In this document: positions 62,081 to 64,000 of the stretch, one piece after another
How positions within the stretch are numbered: position 1 is the first letter of the stretch
Layout: each line of letters starts with the position of its first letter
IMG/VR virus record: IMGVR_UViG_3300032254_000001
Span: 224,001-288,000 of that record
Length of the DNA: 64,000 nucleotides
Reading direction: 5' to 3' (one strand)
Source of the DNA: a virus
Taxonomy: Duplodnaviria > Caudoviricetes
Made by a program: the position numbers and the translations under genes
The notes under the pieces: generated by a model
Databases searched by the model: none
Told to the model about the DNA's origin: nothing
What the model saw: only the letters and a program-made list of their open reading frames with translations

Positions 62081-63205
62081 ATGGCAACAGTTAGACAGAC
62101 AAATTCTACGTTAACAACTATTGAGTTTGACGAAGACGGCAATGAATCGTATTTCATCGACGGGAAACAGGTACAACGCGATGAGTATGTACAGTCTGGC
62201 GCTGATAATGTTGAGCTGACAGAAGGTGAATTAACAGCCCAGTACCAAGCTGAACTTAAATCTAACGGTTGGACTGACGAGCAGATTGAAGAGTACCAGG
62301 GTTATGAAGACGACGACGAGTTTGATCCAAACGATCCTGATAACTTAGTTGTAGACCCAGTAGGCAGCGGCCCTATTACACAGGGCGAACTTGATCTTAG
62401 ACAAGATGAAGAACGCTTTGATGAAGAATTAGAACGAAGAACAGCTGAAGGGCAATCTATTGCTGATAAGGAAAATGACTGGCGTGTACGTTTACACTTA
62501 GCACCATCAGCAGATTACTTGTATGCATCAAAAGATCCAGGTATATTAGCTCCATTAATGGAAACAAACGGTCTTATATTTCCGTACACTCCGCAAATTG
62601 CTATTCAGTACAATGCAGATTACGAAAACTATGATTTAGTTCATAGTAACTACCGAGGCTATTTTTATAAAGGAAGCCAAGTACAAAACATTCTTGTAAC
62701 AGCAACATTCACAGCTAATGACGCACAAGAAGCAAATTATATGCTAGCAGCAATGCATTTTTTACGTAGTGCTACTAAGATGTTTTACGGCCAGGACATA
62801 GAACGCGGCATGCCACCACCAGTTGTATTTTTAACTGGACTAGGTGAGTATCAATTTGATGGGCATCCGTGTGCTGTTACTATGATGAATTACAATTTAC
62901 CTAACGATGTTGATTATATTTCATGTGGTAAGCCTAGTGGTGTAAAGCCGTTGCCAACACCACGCGATAATCTTTCACCTTCTATTCCATCGACACGATT
63001 AGAAGCTGCAAACTTAGAGAAAGGTGCCAGAGAGGAAGTTGTTGAACGAGCTGAGACTGACACGTATCTAAAGGCAACATATGTGCCTACAAAAATTGAT
63101 TTTAACTTTACTATGATTCCAATTCAAACACGTGATCAAGTTAGTAAAGAATTTAGTCTGAAGGACTACGCATCAGGTAAATTACTTAAGAAGGGGTTCT
63201 GGTAA
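62081..63205 (+). CDS. Baseplate tail-tube cap/initiator (gp48/gp54-like)
   Basis: DWRVRL, G..FPYTP.I, HSNY, HF.RSATKMFYG, PPP..FL.G.G motifs. Confidence 0.7.
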   Translation: MATVRQTNSTLTTIEFDEDGNESYFIDGKQVQRDEYVQSGADNVELTEGELTAQYQAELKSNGWTDEQIEEYQGYEDDDEFDPNDPDNLVVDPVGSGPITQGELDLRQDEERFDEELERRTAEGQSIADKENDWRVRLHLAPSADYLYASKDPGILAPLMETNGLIFPYTPQIAIQYNADYENYDLVHSNYRGYFYKGSQVQNILVTATFTANDAQEANYMLAAMHFLRSATKMFYGQDIERGMPPPVVFLTGLGEYQFDGHPCAVTMMNYNLPNDVDYISCGKPSGVKPLPTPRDNLSPSIPSTRLEAANLEKGAREEVVERAETDTYLKATYVPTKIDFNFTMIPIQTRDQVSKEFSLKDYASGKLLKKGFW

Positions 63206-63510
63206 TGGCAATAACACAATATCCAAAGAAGAGTGCGTATGCATTAACGGTCACACATGATCACTATCTAGACTTGATGGTTAACAGAGACATACCAAAA
63301 TTAGATAGTGATGTGGAATTTACAATTACACAGACGTACAATTTACGCCCGGATCTACTAGCGTTTGACTTGTACGACGATTCAGAGTTATGGTGGGTAT
63401 TTGCCCAACGTAACCCAGACGTATTGAAAAATCCTTTACTTGATTTTAGCACAGGCACAACAATACGTTTACCTAACATAGACACATTGCGAGATACACT
63501 GGGCTTCTAA
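63205..63510 (+). CDS. gp53: Baseplate wedge subunit (gp53/LysM-like)
   Basis: Y.LRPDLLA.DLY....LWWVFA.RNP. Confidence 0.8.
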   Translation: MAITQYPKKSAYALTVTHDHYLDLMVNRDIPKLDSDVEFTITQTYNLRPDLLAFDLYDDSELWWVFAQRNPDVLKNPLLDFSTGTTIRLPNIDTLRDTLGF

Positions 63511-64000
63511 TGGCAGAGTTAACTGGACCAATTCCAAATCCTTTCCGCGCATTCAATACAATGACGTATAGTATGTCATTGTATTTGCAAGATCCTAAAG
63601 AATACGCAAGCATGATGGCCACTGGTAAAAAGGATGTAAGCAAATTAGAACTACTAGTACAAAGTGGTGGCATAAGTAGCGACACAACTAAAACCGGTGG
63701 CAACTTTGGTGCGACACGAAACAAGTTTTTCACACGTGACTTTTACTTAGACGACATTCAGCTTTCTAGCTATATTGCAGGAACATCAACAGGCGGCCCG
63801 CAAAACAGTTTCGAAATGAATTTTACAGTAACAGAACCGATGGGCTTAACGTTCATGGATCGTTTATATAATGCTGCAACTGATTTTGCTGAGAGGAAAG
63901 GGTATCAAAACTTTAACCCAATTAACCAAATCTACTTAGCTGTTATTCGTTTTTACGGATACGATGAAAATGGTAAGCAGGTTATAAACGGAAAGTTCAA
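63510..64000 (+). CDS. Baseplate hub protein, N-terminal part (runs off right edge)
   Basis: TAATG coupling; MAELTGPIPNPF..F....Y..SLY..DF..DDI.L...F.VTEP.G..F..RL. Confidence 0.65.
   Translation, partial: MAELTGPIPNPFRAFNTMTYSMSLYLQDPKEYASMMATGKKDVSKLELLVQSGGISSDTTKTGGNFGATRNKFFTRDFYLDDIQLSSYIAGTSTGGPQNSFEMNFTVTEPMGLTFMDRLYNAATDFAERKGYQNFNPINQIYLAVIRFYGYDENGKQVINGKF

Noticed and set aside
1-64000. Stop-codon reassignment as in some jumbo phages
   Set aside because: Core genes are full length under the standard code, and TAA, TAG and TGA all act as stops.

Overview
This is a 64-kb segment of a large T4-like myovirus (standard genetic code; host not identifiable from the window). It carries most virion genes: tail tube gp19, sheath gp18, neck gp13/gp14, tail completion gp15, tail fibres, major capsid gp23, scaffold gp22, protease gp21, portal gp20, a tape-measure-like protein, gp26/gp51-like and baseplate genes. 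It also has gp46/gp47, late sigma gp55, several free-standing homing endonucleases, three radical-SAM enzymes and IscA. About 15 late promoters of the form (A/C/T)TAAATA and 12 sigma70-type early promoters are visible. The main candidate for a new system is an early operon at about 31.6-36.6 kb. At least 13 small genes there share a short tag, E-x-x-[VMIT]-W-[DEKN]-[RK]-L. Many fuse the tag to an isolated fragment of an essential phage protein: three major-capsid pieces (one matching the T4 Gol-peptide region), DNA polymerase B motif A, a DnaB/terminase-type Walker A, a mini gp55 sigma domain and a tail-fibre motif. This suggests a decoy/mimic array acting against host defence sensors or competing phages (inference). 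Other notable items: a ~670-nt promoter-driven, pseudoknotted noncoding RNA candidate (50.3-51.0 kb); a probable -1 frameshift joining gp26-like and gp51-like ORFs; an RlmN-like enzyme lacking the resolving cysteine; a radical-SAM/SDR fusion; and a repeat-containing divergent early-promoter region. All family assignments come from motifs read by eye; no database searches were run.
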